From Candidatus Bathyarchaeota archaeon (GTDB lineage Archaea > Thermoproteota > Bathyarchaeia > Bathyarchaeales > Bathycorpusculaceae), in NCBI GenBank assembly GCA_963815095.1, contig CAWFFH010000006.1, positions 1 to 64,000 on the forward strand: DNA of 64,000 nt, given 5' to 3'. Under the pieces are notes generated by a model. It was given only the letters and a program-made list of their open reading frames with translations. It was not told where the DNA came from and made no database searches. The translations under genes were made by a program, and so were the position numbers. Every line of letters starts with the position of its first letter. The first letter of the stretch is position 1. This document shows, one piece after another, positions 33,801-42,044 of this stretch.

Positions 33801-34111
33801 GAATACGTGAAGAAGCCCTCAAAGGCAACAGTGACGACGAAGCCATAAAAACAGCCATAGAAAAAGTGTGGGTAACTATACTTGGGCTTGGGCTGGTTCT
33901 CTCAACAGTATTTGCATCCTTGATAATAACTGGAATAGCCATTCTGCAGGAAATCGCTTTAGCTGTATCAGCCGCCATCATTATCGATGTTCTTGTGGTT
34001 ATCCTCTTTTTTGTGCCGTCCTTGATGGGACTTGCGCAGAAACTAAACTGGTGGCCACATAAATCCTCAAAAATTCCTCAAACCCCAAAAGACAAAAACG
34101 AAAACAAATAG
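30836..34111 (+). CDS. MMPL/RND-family transporter
   Basis: Two TM blocks with GLAVDY and GVGIDYDIF..RIREE motifs; large extracytoplasmic loops. Confidence 0.88.
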   Translation: MAQLSRNLFGSLNKFIVKRHRWIIIAWVIALVISLSLVPSFFSAVSYNLVGGFAAPSNSQSEKASEIMDAQFPNHSNQSSSSILIVIQGTQPYSDALKKAILDLNQTITQDSSIVNFTGISSLYSTEYSLLNSSLPSIIPQVNALASNISYINTGIYTLAQNLSSLSTNLFQTIEGINQTAQLVYGIPTVFVGAWQEITSQGVSDPYNANLQANTTTYQITNNFGGDPNSIGYYTAFFNVWNSSFLNLPSNSSSVLDRETLAINQSVALFLSSPQIDNQTQQIVTLVASGLNPTSWSQSDTITNLATSTLAANIPKDLSSQLGTSPQTLINQLYSYGSSPSNTTILNYAITLTENSMGNLTATDVGFSPTQLVNETANLGASPNFAQQWTLASEFIANATQTAFMGSPLFSINSTALANFLSSLPQNASSTEIDGAISNTITNQSYANFPYQPTSAITKNFVGSDNKTVLIILGFSSEPDAKSIAQVKLAIDNSALKNLGTAYITGSPILGRDIENAFIPALEVTVGPAIGISLLIVGLLFLAPLAALIPLVIGGFSTVISLASIYFGIVIVGKGSITFLTPTLTILLLLGLAVDYAVLQLRRTKEERQQGKSIEESVGLSVRWAGQAVLTAGITVIVAYIVMAVVNVPIFSDVGTAIAISVSILLAASLTLLPALEISLKDKIFWPGLNKNKNNTSKTPRLRTLAKNILKRKKVIVILISALALGAFYVEYTTPTGSDFLKLIPNFQSNQGLTVISNSFGSAFTSPTTIVITTPTQIVYADNQFNQTLMDQLELITNTVANSPGVVSVASPTRPYGSTFNYAELSIMSDILQPQYESQILSMIGKDNKTAQVTIGLSKESQSQAAMTTLKQIEKNVNALPLINDVDVTFGGETQSSIDSQAFMANLLPEVVIILAIAVYIILFIQLRSAFTPLRLIFTILCSVAFALAILAAIFYYGSNLPILDFAPLFVVVTMLGVGIDYDIFFVTRIREEALKGNSDDEAIKTAIEKVWVTILGLGLVLSTVFASLIITGIAILQEIALAVSAAIIIDVLVVILFFVPSLMGLAQKLNWWPHKSSKIPQTPKDKNENK

Positions 34112-34450
34112 CAAACTAAAAGAAAAAGAAAAACTCTGCACCACTACTTCTTCTTCTTCTATCCAACACAAAGAAATTTTTGGCCCCCGGTTAACTCACA
34201 TAAGGAAAGAAGCAAACTTTTACTTCGTAGTCCATTCTTTTTTTTCAGAAGTACGTTGCTGTAAGTTGGTTCCGACCAAAACCGAATTTAAAGAAGAAAA
34301 AAAATTTTCTTCTTCTCATCGGTCGCGGAAATTTAGCGGGCAGAACAACATCGGAAGAGTTCAGTGTTGTTCTACTGACTCAAATAAACTTAATAGTTGA
34401 ACGAAAGAAAATAAAAACAAAAAATGAGCTTGGAGAATTCCTTTTATTAG

Positions 34451-34627
34451 TTAAGGAACAACTTCTGCGTCTGCACAGCCGCTAATCAGGTTTGTTATTT
34501 TTATTTTTACGTGTTCATTGGCTTTTGCGTTTTTGATAAACACTGGAAAACCTTTGATTTTAGCGACGCCTTCACCGTTGGGACTCATATCTATAACGTC
34601 CACTTCAAATTCTTCTCCAATTTCCAT
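34451..34627 (-). CDS. Stand-alone TRAM-domain RNA-binding protein (58 aa, not in the ORF track)
   Basis: MEIGEEFEVDVIDMSPNGEGVAKIKGFPVFIKNAKANEHVKIKITNLISGCADAEVVP. Confidence 0.85.
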   Translation of the reverse strand: MEIGEEFEVDVIDMSPNGEGVAKIKGFPVFIKNAKANEHVKIKITNLISGCADAEVVP

Positions 34628-34757
34628 GGGGTACTCAATACCTCTTCCGCGGTTTTTGGCGTTTCTTGGGGCTCTTTTTTTAGGGCTAAAAGCGCATCAT
34701 CCTCTTTTCAGATTAATAATGTGTTCCTAAGCATAAGGGTTTTGTTACCCATTTAAT

Positions 34758-35753
34758 TTATTGACGGTTTTTGCTAGTTTTTAGCGTTTCTATAGCATTC
34801 TCTGCCCATTGATGGTCTGTCCAAAATGCTCTGCCCACCGCAACCAAATCCACCTTGTCCTCTCGAACTAGCTTATCCGCAAATTCTGCCTCTCTGATTC
34901 CACCTACTCCGATAACTGGAACGTTGACTGCTTTCTTGATCACTTGTGCCTGAGGAACAAAGTAGCCTTTAACTTGCCTTAACTGCCTTGGTTCACTCCC
35001 ACACATACCACCAGAAACGTCTATTATATCAACTCCCAAAGCCTCAAGTCTTTTAGCAAAAATAACTGAATCTTCAATGTGGGTTCCATACGGAGCTAAA
35101 TCATCCGAGCCTAACCTGTAGAGCAAAAGTCTACGGCCAAGGTGCTCACGCACCTTTTCGGCGACCAATAAAGGAAAACGCATCCGTTTCTCTAATGAAC
35201 CTCCAAACTCATCTTCACGTCTATTAAAAAGTGGCGAATAGAACTGGTTTAACAGGTAACCGTGGGCTCCATGCAATTCAACACCGTCAAACCCAGCCTT
35301 AACCGCACGTTCAGCCGCCAAAGCAAACTCTTCAACTATTACGTAAATTTCACTCGAATCTAAAACGCGGCTTTTTTCCCTCGGCGAAGGGCCAACAGGT
35401 ATGGCACCGATGACTCTTTTATTCGTAACCGCGCCAGCGTGGGAAATCTGTACAACCGCAGGAGCACCAACCTCATGAATGGCATTGGCGAGCTTCTCAA
35501 AACCACCAATTAAAGAGTCATCGTGGATTGCAAGTTGTTTGGGTCCAATCTTACCCATTGGAGAAACGTAGGAGTGCTCAACAATCGGTAAGCCTGAATG
35601 GGCTGAGCGTCGAACATAAAAATTGATTAACCTTTTTGTTACCTCGCCTTCAAAACTTGCCCGTCCCGTTTGCATAGGCGGCAACACAATTCGGTTTCTA
35701 AGAGTGTAAGTCTTCACTTTCAAAGGCGAAATTAATTCCGGCAAACCCAACAC
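34758..35753 (-). CDS. NADH:flavin oxidoreductase (Old Yellow Enzyme family)
   Basis: RNRIVLPPM, AGFDGVELHGAHGYLLNQF..NRREDEFGGS. Confidence 0.92.
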   Translation of the reverse strand: MLGLPELISPLKVKTYTLRNRIVLPPMQTGRASFEGEVTKRLINFYVRRSAHSGLPIVEHSYVSPMGKIGPKQLAIHDDSLIGGFEKLANAIHEVGAPAVVQISHAGAVTNKRVIGAIPVGPSPREKSRVLDSSEIYVIVEEFALAAERAVKAGFDGVELHGAHGYLLNQFYSPLFNRREDEFGGSLEKRMRFPLLVAEKVREHLGRRLLLYRLGSDDLAPYGTHIEDSVIFAKRLEALGVDIIDVSGGMCGSEPRQLRQVKGYFVPQAQVIKKAVNVPVIGVGGIREAEFADKLVREDKVDLVAVGRAFWTDHQWAENAIETLKTSKNRQ

Positions 35754-35927
35754 CGATGCGATAAATGGGTAAAGTGGAATTATAAGAACATACCATTATA
35801 AAATTACCAAAAATACCGTTTGGGTAATGGTCTGAGAAGAAATTTTTTATACTTCATAAAGTTCTCTGTCTAGTGGAAACGTATAGTTTCTGGTTTCTGG
35901 AACTCAAAGTAAATTGAAGGATTCTTT

Positions 35928-36677
35928 ATGGATATAAAAGATAAATTTGCAATTGTTACTGGAGCATCTTCGGGGATAGGGCTATCGACTGCCCAATTGC
36001 TCTCTAAAATGGGCGCTAAAGTAGCGCTTGTTTCACGTTCAAAAGAAAAATTAGAAAAACTCTCAAACGAAATTCCCAACTCCATCGCGGTTCAAGCTGA
36101 CATGTCAAAGATTTTTGAAGTTAAACTCATGGTTAAGGAAGTTATGGACCGATTTGGCAACATCGACATTCTTGTTAATAATGCAGGTGTTGGATACGAC
36201 GCTTTTGCGGAGAAAATTGATGTTGACACGTACCACTATATTTTCGATCTCGACTTAGTTGGACCGCTCGAAGCCATGCAACAAGTCATCCCGATCATGC
36301 GTAAACATGGAGGAGGCACAATCATCAACATAAGCTCAGCAGTGGCCCTTATGACTCTACCCAACAATGCACCGTATGCTTCGATAAAACGCGCTTTAGC
36401 AGTTCTAAGTTTAACCGCCAGAGAGGAACTAAAAAATGACAAAATAACTGTCAGCGTAGTCTACCCCTACATAACACTAACTAATTTTGAGCGAAATACC
36501 ATCCGAGACGTCCCAGTTCCCGAAGCTGAGTTAGAACCTCATGGACCTTTTCCACCAGACTCCGCGGATTATGCAGCACAGAAGATTATTGATGGCATAG
36601 AAAGTGGGGAAGCGGAAATTTTTGCTCATGATTGGCTAAAAAATAGGGTTGGGGAAATCCACAGTAGAAAACATTAA
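35928..36677 (+). CDS. Short-chain dehydrogenase/reductase
   Basis: TGASSGIG, NNAG, YASIK catalytic motif. Confidence 0.92.
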   Translation: MDIKDKFAIVTGASSGIGLSTAQLLSKMGAKVALVSRSKEKLEKLSNEIPNSIAVQADMSKIFEVKLMVKEVMDRFGNIDILVNNAGVGYDAFAEKIDVDTYHYIFDLDLVGPLEAMQQVIPIMRKHGGGTIINISSAVALMTLPNNAPYASIKRALAVLSLTAREELKNDKITVSVVYPYITLTNFERNTIRDVPVPEAELEPHGPFPPDSADYAAQKIIDGIESGEAEIFAHDWLKNRVGEIHSRKH

Positions 36678-37222
36678 GCATATTTTCCAACGATTTCCCT
36701 GATTATATTCATATTTCGCGTTGATGCTTTCACCTTTAGTTTTGCTTCCAAAAAAGAATTTGGCAATGCGCCTTCTCCGCCGCCATGGGTTACGCTAAAA
36801 ACTTCGGTGTCCTTGGCCGAAAGTATTTGTGCGGTGGATTTGGGGATCGTGAGTGGAATTGTCAAAGGAAATAGTGAAAATTGTGCTGGCAGAAATTTTA
36901 CAAGGCAGCTTGTGCCTTCTGCAGTTTGTCCCTTGAATGGATCTATATCGAGAATGCGTTTGAGTTGAGGAATTGTGCGCACAAAAACAGCAACATCATA
37001 CCCCAGGGCGTCACGGAGTTTTTCTTCGATTTTACTCTTAATTTCTTGAGGATTCGCTATATCAGTTTCGAAAATTACGTTGCCGCTCTGCTTGTAGGTA
37101 GAAACGTTTTGGAATCCAATCGAAGAAAAAGCTTCCTTGAGTTTCTCTTTGCTAACGATGTGTCCGCCAACGTTGATTCCCCTCAGTAAAGCTACAAACC
37201 TCAACATAAGAAGCTGTGACAC
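36674..37222 (-). CDS. DUF1697 family protein
   Basis: ALLRGINVGG..TYKQSGNVIF..TRN. Confidence 0.85.
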   Translation of the reverse strand: MSQLLMLRFVALLRGINVGGHIVSKEKLKEAFSSIGFQNVSTYKQSGNVIFETDIANPQEIKSKIEEKLRDALGYDVAVFVRTIPQLKRILDIDPFKGQTAEGTSCLVKFLPAQFSLFPLTIPLTIPKSTAQILSAKDTEVFSVTHGGGEGALPNSFLEAKLKVKASTRNMNIIREIVGKYA

Positions 37223-37442
37223 AGGGCATTCTAATAAAATTTTGTTTGCTGTAAACTTGCAGCCAATTTGGATTCTAATAATATATTATTGCGGAAACCT
37301 ATTGGGAAGGAATGCAGGTATTGGCAGGTTCTTTGACAATCAACTATTAAAGTAGAAGAACCAGATGCCTGCTTTTGTTTGTTGTTGCCTCAGTACAGTC
37401 ACGTATGTTAATACAGCAATTACTGATGTTCTTTTAGGTGAG

Positions 37443-37616
37443 GTGAATATTTTTCCAGAAAAAAGCAAGAAAGGCGAATTTGTTATAGACCAGAGGAAAA
37501 AGAAACGAGAAATCATCCAGGAAGGCAAAAACCAGGTGGATATTCCACAAGAAGTTGGAGATGAAGAAAAGAAGGCTTTAGAGCAAACAGGAGACGATGC
37601 AACTTCAGGATGGTAA
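37443..37616 (+). CDS. Small charged hypothetical protein (~57 aa) ending in Trp
   Basis: AGGTGAGG RBS-like sequence near start; T-rich tract after stop; start uncertain. Confidence 0.5.
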   Translation: MNIFPEKSKKGEFVIDQRKKKREIIQEGKNQVDIPQEVGDEEKKALEQTGDDATSGW

Positions 37617-37770
37617 ATAATTCGTTTCAACACGACTCTTTTTTTTCTTTTAACACTATTCGAGCTAATAGCTTCTGTTTCGTTTAAAATAACGCCAATT
37701 TAGCTACTTTTATTTCAAAAACGTAAATCTTTTATTGCCATCGACTCCATTAAATCAATGAGGTAATTGC

Positions 37771-38028
37771 TTGGAAGAAGCCATAATTGAAATTGGGGAA
37801 GTAACTCATCTTTTCCCGAAAATTAATGTTGCAATAATAAGATTAACATTGCCTCTATACGTCAGAGATCGCATCCTCATTAAAGGGCCCTTAACAGATT
37901 TTGAACAAACTGTCCAGTCAATGCAAATTGACCGCAAAGATATCCAAAGGGCAGAAGGCGGACAAAACATAGGATTAAAATTGGAGCAATTAGCAAGAGA
38001 AAAAGACGTCGTATACAAGAAACTCTAA
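37771..38028 (+). CDS. Translation-factor-like beta-barrel protein (EF-Tu domain II / U32 C-terminal-like)
   Basis: IGEVTHLFPKINVA..GPLTDFEQTVQSMQID..AEGGQNIGLK. Confidence 0.75.
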   Translation: MEEAIIEIGEVTHLFPKINVAIIRLTLPLYVRDRILIKGPLTDFEQTVQSMQIDRKDIQRAEGGQNIGLKLEQLAREKDVVYKKL

Positions 38029-38187
38029 GTAAAATTCGAAAACGCGATCGGTAATTTACTTAATTCCACATTATTTTATTCTAGCAATCTATTATTGCAA
38101 TTAGCTAAGAAAAACAGATCGCTTTTTCCGCATCAATTTGGACAAGACTTATAGGTTTGCTGTGCTAAGATTGGTTGGTTTTCAGAA

Positions 38188-38274
38188 ATGTACATATACG
38201 AAATTTTTAGAGAAGAAGACGAAGAAGAAGATTGCGAAGACTGCGATTGCGAAGACTGCGAGGATGAAGAGTAA
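38188..38274 (+). CDS. 28-aa acidic Cys-rich peptide, not in the ORF track
   Basis: MYIYEIFREEDEEEDCEDCDCEDCEDEE; TATA-like CTTATA ~40 bp upstream; T-tract downstream. Confidence 0.55.
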   Translation: MYIYEIFREEDEEEDCEDCDCEDCEDEE

Positions 38275-38512
38275 ACTTCTCCCAACATCTTTTTTTTCCA
38301 ATATTGTTTTGTTTAACTTGGTAAATATAGGCTATTAATTGAACAATAAAAGAAAGTAAAATTTGTCTTTATGCAGTAGTTAACAAACTAGGTTGTTTTT
38401 TTATTGCTCTCATAGCAAAAACAAAATATATTCTGATTGTTGGTACCAATTTGTAACCACAATTCTTTATGTATTTTGTGAAGCTAATGTTTTGTAAGAT
38501 TGGTTATTCTGA

Positions 38513-38749
38513 ATGGATTTAGATGAAGCAATAGAATTTCTTAAGAAATTTCCCTTCTGTCACCCCAAAGTATTCAAAGGTTTTGTTGAATGGGGTATTT
38601 GTGATACTGACACAGACGGTTACGTAGTTTTAACGGATGCATTTTTGGCTAATGAACCATATTCCAACCAACTGCACGATTACGTTAAAAGTCATAATTT
38701 GAGAATAAATAACCAGAATGATTGTTTGATGATTCATTCGCGCTTCTAA
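38513..38749 (+). CDS. Hypothetical protein, paralog of 5360-5611
   Basis: Clear sequence similarity to 5360-5611. Confidence 0.75.
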   Translation: MDLDEAIEFLKKFPFCHPKVFKGFVEWGICDTDTDGYVVLTDAFLANEPYSNQLHDYVKSHNLRINNQNDCLMIHSRF

Positions 38750-38862
38750 GGTCTTGGGCTATAAAAAACCACTGTCGCAAGTTAGATTTGAGTATCATTC
38801 TGAAATTGAGGGGAATAAATTGTTTAGGAAAAGAAATCGATATAATGGATAATTTCCAAAAG

Positions 38863-39993
38863 CTAAGGTATAATTTCGCAGCCGTTGTACTTGAGGTAAT
38901 CGAAATCTTCAAGCCTAATTTTTTGGTTTTCTATTAGTTGCTGGATTCTTGGAACCTCACTTTTCACAGACTCGACTAGTTGCTCAACGGTGTAGCAAAC
39001 CTTGCTGTATGCTTCATCCGTCCATCTTTTTGTTATGTTTGTGTATAAGCATCTGCCGCCACAAATGTTGAGGATAGTGCATTGGCTACAGGGTTTTTCG
39101 TTAACAAACAGCTTCTTTAACTTAAGTGGATCAGAATCTTTAATGTGCCCCAAATAGTATTTTTTCATGCCCCACATCGTTGGACAAGGCATAATATAAC
39201 CATCCGTTTGGATGGCGTAATTTATCCAGCCACCTCCACAACGCATGAGACAGTTCTTCTCTTCATGCAAAAGCGACCCTGCAATACCCAGTAACGGATA
39301 AAGCTTCAGCGCCACGCCCTTTTCCTGCATTTGATCCACCCAGAACCGCGCGAGTTCTCGAACGCCTGGGATATAGTTAGTTTTTGTCCATTCTTCAAAG
39401 TTCCGTCTTTGATAATCGTTTCCCCAAAAACCGGCGTTAAGCTGCCAATGTATTGACGAAAACGAAAATTCTTCGTTATCCAGTAGCCATCGGACTTGTT
39501 TGTTGATGTCGGTTTGCTCCATTATTGTCATGCGAGCGATTAATTCGCCTGCGAAACCGTTTTTCTTTATTAGTTTTAGGTTATCGATGACTTTGCGGAA
39601 AGTGCCCACTCCACGGTAATAGTCTGTTAAGGCTTCTTCTCCATCTATGGAAACGAGGATTGTGTGGAAGCGATTAACGTACTTGGGCTCCAACTTGTCA
39701 AGAAGCAAGCCGTTGGTTTGAATCATAAAATGTTTTGGTTCAACTTTATCCATGATTTGCCGGAGTTTATCTATGCCCAGTAAGGGTTCGCCGCCGTAGA
39801 AAGTTAAAACGCATTCGGGGTCTTTACTGCAAAATTCTTTGAGTAATTCCAAATCATAGTTTAGTTTTCGAGGTAAATCGTAATCTACTTCGATGTCGTC
39901 GCCGAATTCTTCGTCGAAATCGTCTAGGCTCTCGCCAAAGCAGTATTTGCATTGCAGGTTACAATCACTTGTGAGTAGGACATGAAAGAACAT
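38863..39993 (-). CDS. Radical SAM/SPASM protein (AF0577/TIGR04084-like)
   Basis: CNLQCKYC; YGGEPLL; SPASM cysteines CGGG..CP..CSQC..CGGRC; C-terminal CEIIP. Confidence 0.85.
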   Translation of the reverse strand: MFFHVLLTSDCNLQCKYCFGESLDDFDEEFGDDIEVDYDLPRKLNYDLELLKEFCSKDPECVLTFYGGEPLLGIDKLRQIMDKVEPKHFMIQTNGLLLDKLEPKYVNRFHTILVSIDGEEALTDYYRGVGTFRKVIDNLKLIKKNGFAGELIARMTIMEQTDINKQVRWLLDNEEFSFSSIHWQLNAGFWGNDYQRRNFEEWTKTNYIPGVRELARFWVDQMQEKGVALKLYPLLGIAGSLLHEEKNCLMRCGGGWINYAIQTDGYIMPCPTMWGMKKYYLGHIKDSDPLKLKKLFVNEKPCSQCTILNICGGRCLYTNITKRWTDEAYSKVCYTVEQLVESVKSEVPRIQQLIENQKIRLEDFDYLKYNGCEIIP

Positions 39994-40185
39994 GGTTAAT
40001 AGTGGATAAGTCGGGTTTAATAGGATTTTTCCTCTACCATAAGGCTCCTCATATCAAAAACTTTCAAAATGCACTTGGTCAGAAGTGTAAATTTAAGAAG
40101 TTTATGCTTCGATATATTCTTTTTTTCAGAATTTTGTTTATAAGAGTAATCATAAATCACTTTTTAACAAATACATCTTAATTAT

Positions 40186-40413
40186 TTGGTGCGGGCTTTG
40201 GTAGGTCTTTCTAAAAATCAAAAACGACTTGTGGAAATGCTAAAGATAAAGCCTGACATGACAACCAAGGAACTTGCCGAAATGATTTTTGGGAAAATTA
40301 TAGATTACAAATCAAAAGAATACGCTTCTGTCTATCGAAGCTTAATTTCCTTGGAAAAACAGGGTTGCATTAAAAGAGTACAGGTTCAACTTCGCTGGCA
40401 AACGACTAACTAA
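40186..40413 (+). CDS. Small winged-HTH regulator
   Basis: LSKNQKRLVEML..MTTKELAEMI..SVYRSLISLEKQGCIKR. Confidence 0.75.
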   Translation: MVRALVGLSKNQKRLVEMLKIKPDMTTKELAEMIFGKIIDYKSKEYASVYRSLISLEKQGCIKRVQVQLRWQTTN

Positions 40414-40492
40414 AAAGGTATTTGCACTGTAAATTGCAGTTAGACACCGTTAATACACTGAAGAAAATATTTAGCTAAAGAATGAGTGTTGC

Positions 40493-41848
40493 TTAATAGT
40501 ATTTTTCAGCGAGTTTTCTTGCTTCAACTTCTTCAGGAGTTTCTTCCGCTTCATTTTCTTCTTGATCTTTTTCTTCCTTTTCGTGCTGGTCTGTTTCCTT
40601 TTCTTTTTGAACTTTCTTAAGCGCCTTGTTTACATAATTAAAAAGGTCTCTACTCTTCATTAATTTATCCGAAAGAGATTCGGGAGCATAAAGCAAAGGT
40701 ATAGTAGCTATAAACAGCAAGAAGCTTGCTAAGGAAAAAGCGGATCCAACCGGTTGGTCAGGTGGAGTAAGAAATTGAGCCATCACTTGAACAAATCCTG
40801 ATAGTAAAAATGGTAATCCTCCTAAGAAATAGTACTTCTCACGGTTGCTTGTTTCTGAAAGATCACCCCAGACAACAAAAACAAAATTAACATACAGGAA
40901 ACCCCAAGCAAGTCCATCGAAAACTGTAAAAAGAATTATGGCAACCAGACCTGTTGGAATTAAGCTTAGAAAGGCATAACCTATTCCTAACAGAACAAAT
41001 CCCACGATTCCAGTAACTTTTCTTCCTTTCAAATCACAAAGAAAACCTGCCGCGAGTGCTGTTAAGCTCGTTATTACAAGCGTTGCCAACTCATAATTTG
41101 AATAATAATTATTTGAATCAATACCGTCCATGTATCCTTTAACTAAGGGAGTTAACATAAAATTAACAAGTGTGAACATGAACCAAGGTAAGAAGTAAAG
41201 AATAAAAGTTCTGTCTCTCAAAATTTTTAATAGAGTTAATTTTCGTTCTTTGTCATTATTCTTTATTTCAATGAGAAAGAATATTCCTAATAAACCCATA
41301 ATTCGCCATATTGAAAAGATTAAAAATTTGTAATCTATAGTTGATTCACCTAAAATAAAAATAATTATCGCTGTCATTATTTGAATTATGAAGAACAAAG
41401 CTGCTCCAATTCTACCTAATTGTTCATTTTTGGTTTGGTTTGCGAACATTGAAAGGCATGTTGGAATTCCTAAACCGACCGATCCACCTAGTATAAACGA
41501 AATTACTCCCAAAATAACCCAATTTGTCTGAGGCACTAAGAAGAAATAGGTTAATAGTGACGACAAGACTCCCCAAAGTATCCATAACTTTAGAAATGAT
41601 TTCTCTTTCAGTTTTTGGGCTAAAAGAGTAGCTCCAATTAATGCAGAGAACAATAATGCCGCGAAATATGGAATAGAAACCACATAAAAAGTGTTGGCAC
41701 CACTAAATTGGATGTTATTTGGCAAATCCAATATTGTAACCATGGTTAATAAGAACCACGATATACTGTTTGCAACCACGAATAGCGGCAGTAAGGTCTT
41801 TAGTTTTGCTCCGAGCATCTTGTTTCTGAATATACTGCTTGTCACCAA
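40493..41848 (-). CDS. Divergent MFS-like ~12-TM membrane protein with acidic C-terminal tail
   Basis: Hydrophobic helices; AGFLCDLKGRK motif-A-like loop; YAPESL then Glu-rich tail. Confidence 0.75.
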   Translation of the reverse strand: MVTSSIFRNKMLGAKLKTLLPLFVVANSISWFLLTMVTILDLPNNIQFSGANTFYVVSIPYFAALLFSALIGATLLAQKLKEKSFLKLWILWGVLSSLLTYFFLVPQTNWVILGVISFILGGSVGLGIPTCLSMFANQTKNEQLGRIGAALFFIIQIMTAIIIFILGESTIDYKFLIFSIWRIMGLLGIFFLIEIKNNDKERKLTLLKILRDRTFILYFLPWFMFTLVNFMLTPLVKGYMDGIDSNNYYSNYELATLVITSLTALAAGFLCDLKGRKVTGIVGFVLLGIGYAFLSLIPTGLVAIILFTVFDGLAWGFLYVNFVFVVWGDLSETSNREKYYFLGGLPFLLSGFVQVMAQFLTPPDQPVGSAFSLASFLLFIATIPLLYAPESLSDKLMKSRDLFNYVNKALKKVQKEKETDQHEKEEKDQEENEAEETPEEVEARKLAEKYY

Positions 41849-41934
41849 TATATACTAACTTTATGAATTTACGATGCATTTTTTTGATTCATATTGGCTA
41901 ATTTTTTGTTTGTATTGTGTATAACTGTTTAACA

Positions 41935-41980
41935 CAAAGCTTAAATTGAGTTGTTCTACACATATACAATTAAGGTGAGG
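41935..41980 (+). promoter_or_regulatory. Putative BRE/TATA (CAAAGCTTAAAT) and Shine-Dalgarno (GGTGAGG) of the 17-aa peptide gene
   Basis: TATA-like box ~40 bp and strong SD 3 bp upstream of ATG 41984. Confidence 0.6.
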
Positions 41981-41983
41981 AGA

Positions 41984-42037
41984 ATGAAGAAGGCAACGAA
42001 AAAAGAAATGAGGAAACCAGTAGTATTCGCTTGGTAA
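41984..42037 (+). CDS. 17-aa peptide MKKATKKEMRKPVVFAW; candidate prenylated-peptide precursor, not in the ORF track
   Basis: Strong SD, TATA, stop 7 bp from the prenyltransferase stop; C-terminal Trp. Confidence 0.7.
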   Translation: MKKATKKEMRKPVVFAW

Positions 42038-42044
42038 ATTATCC

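Noticed and set aside
38205-38272. GAAGAx/TGCGAx tandem repeat as a non-coding microsatellite
   Set aside because: Triplet-phased and bounded by ATG and TAA; treated as a peptide ORF, though this remains uncertain.
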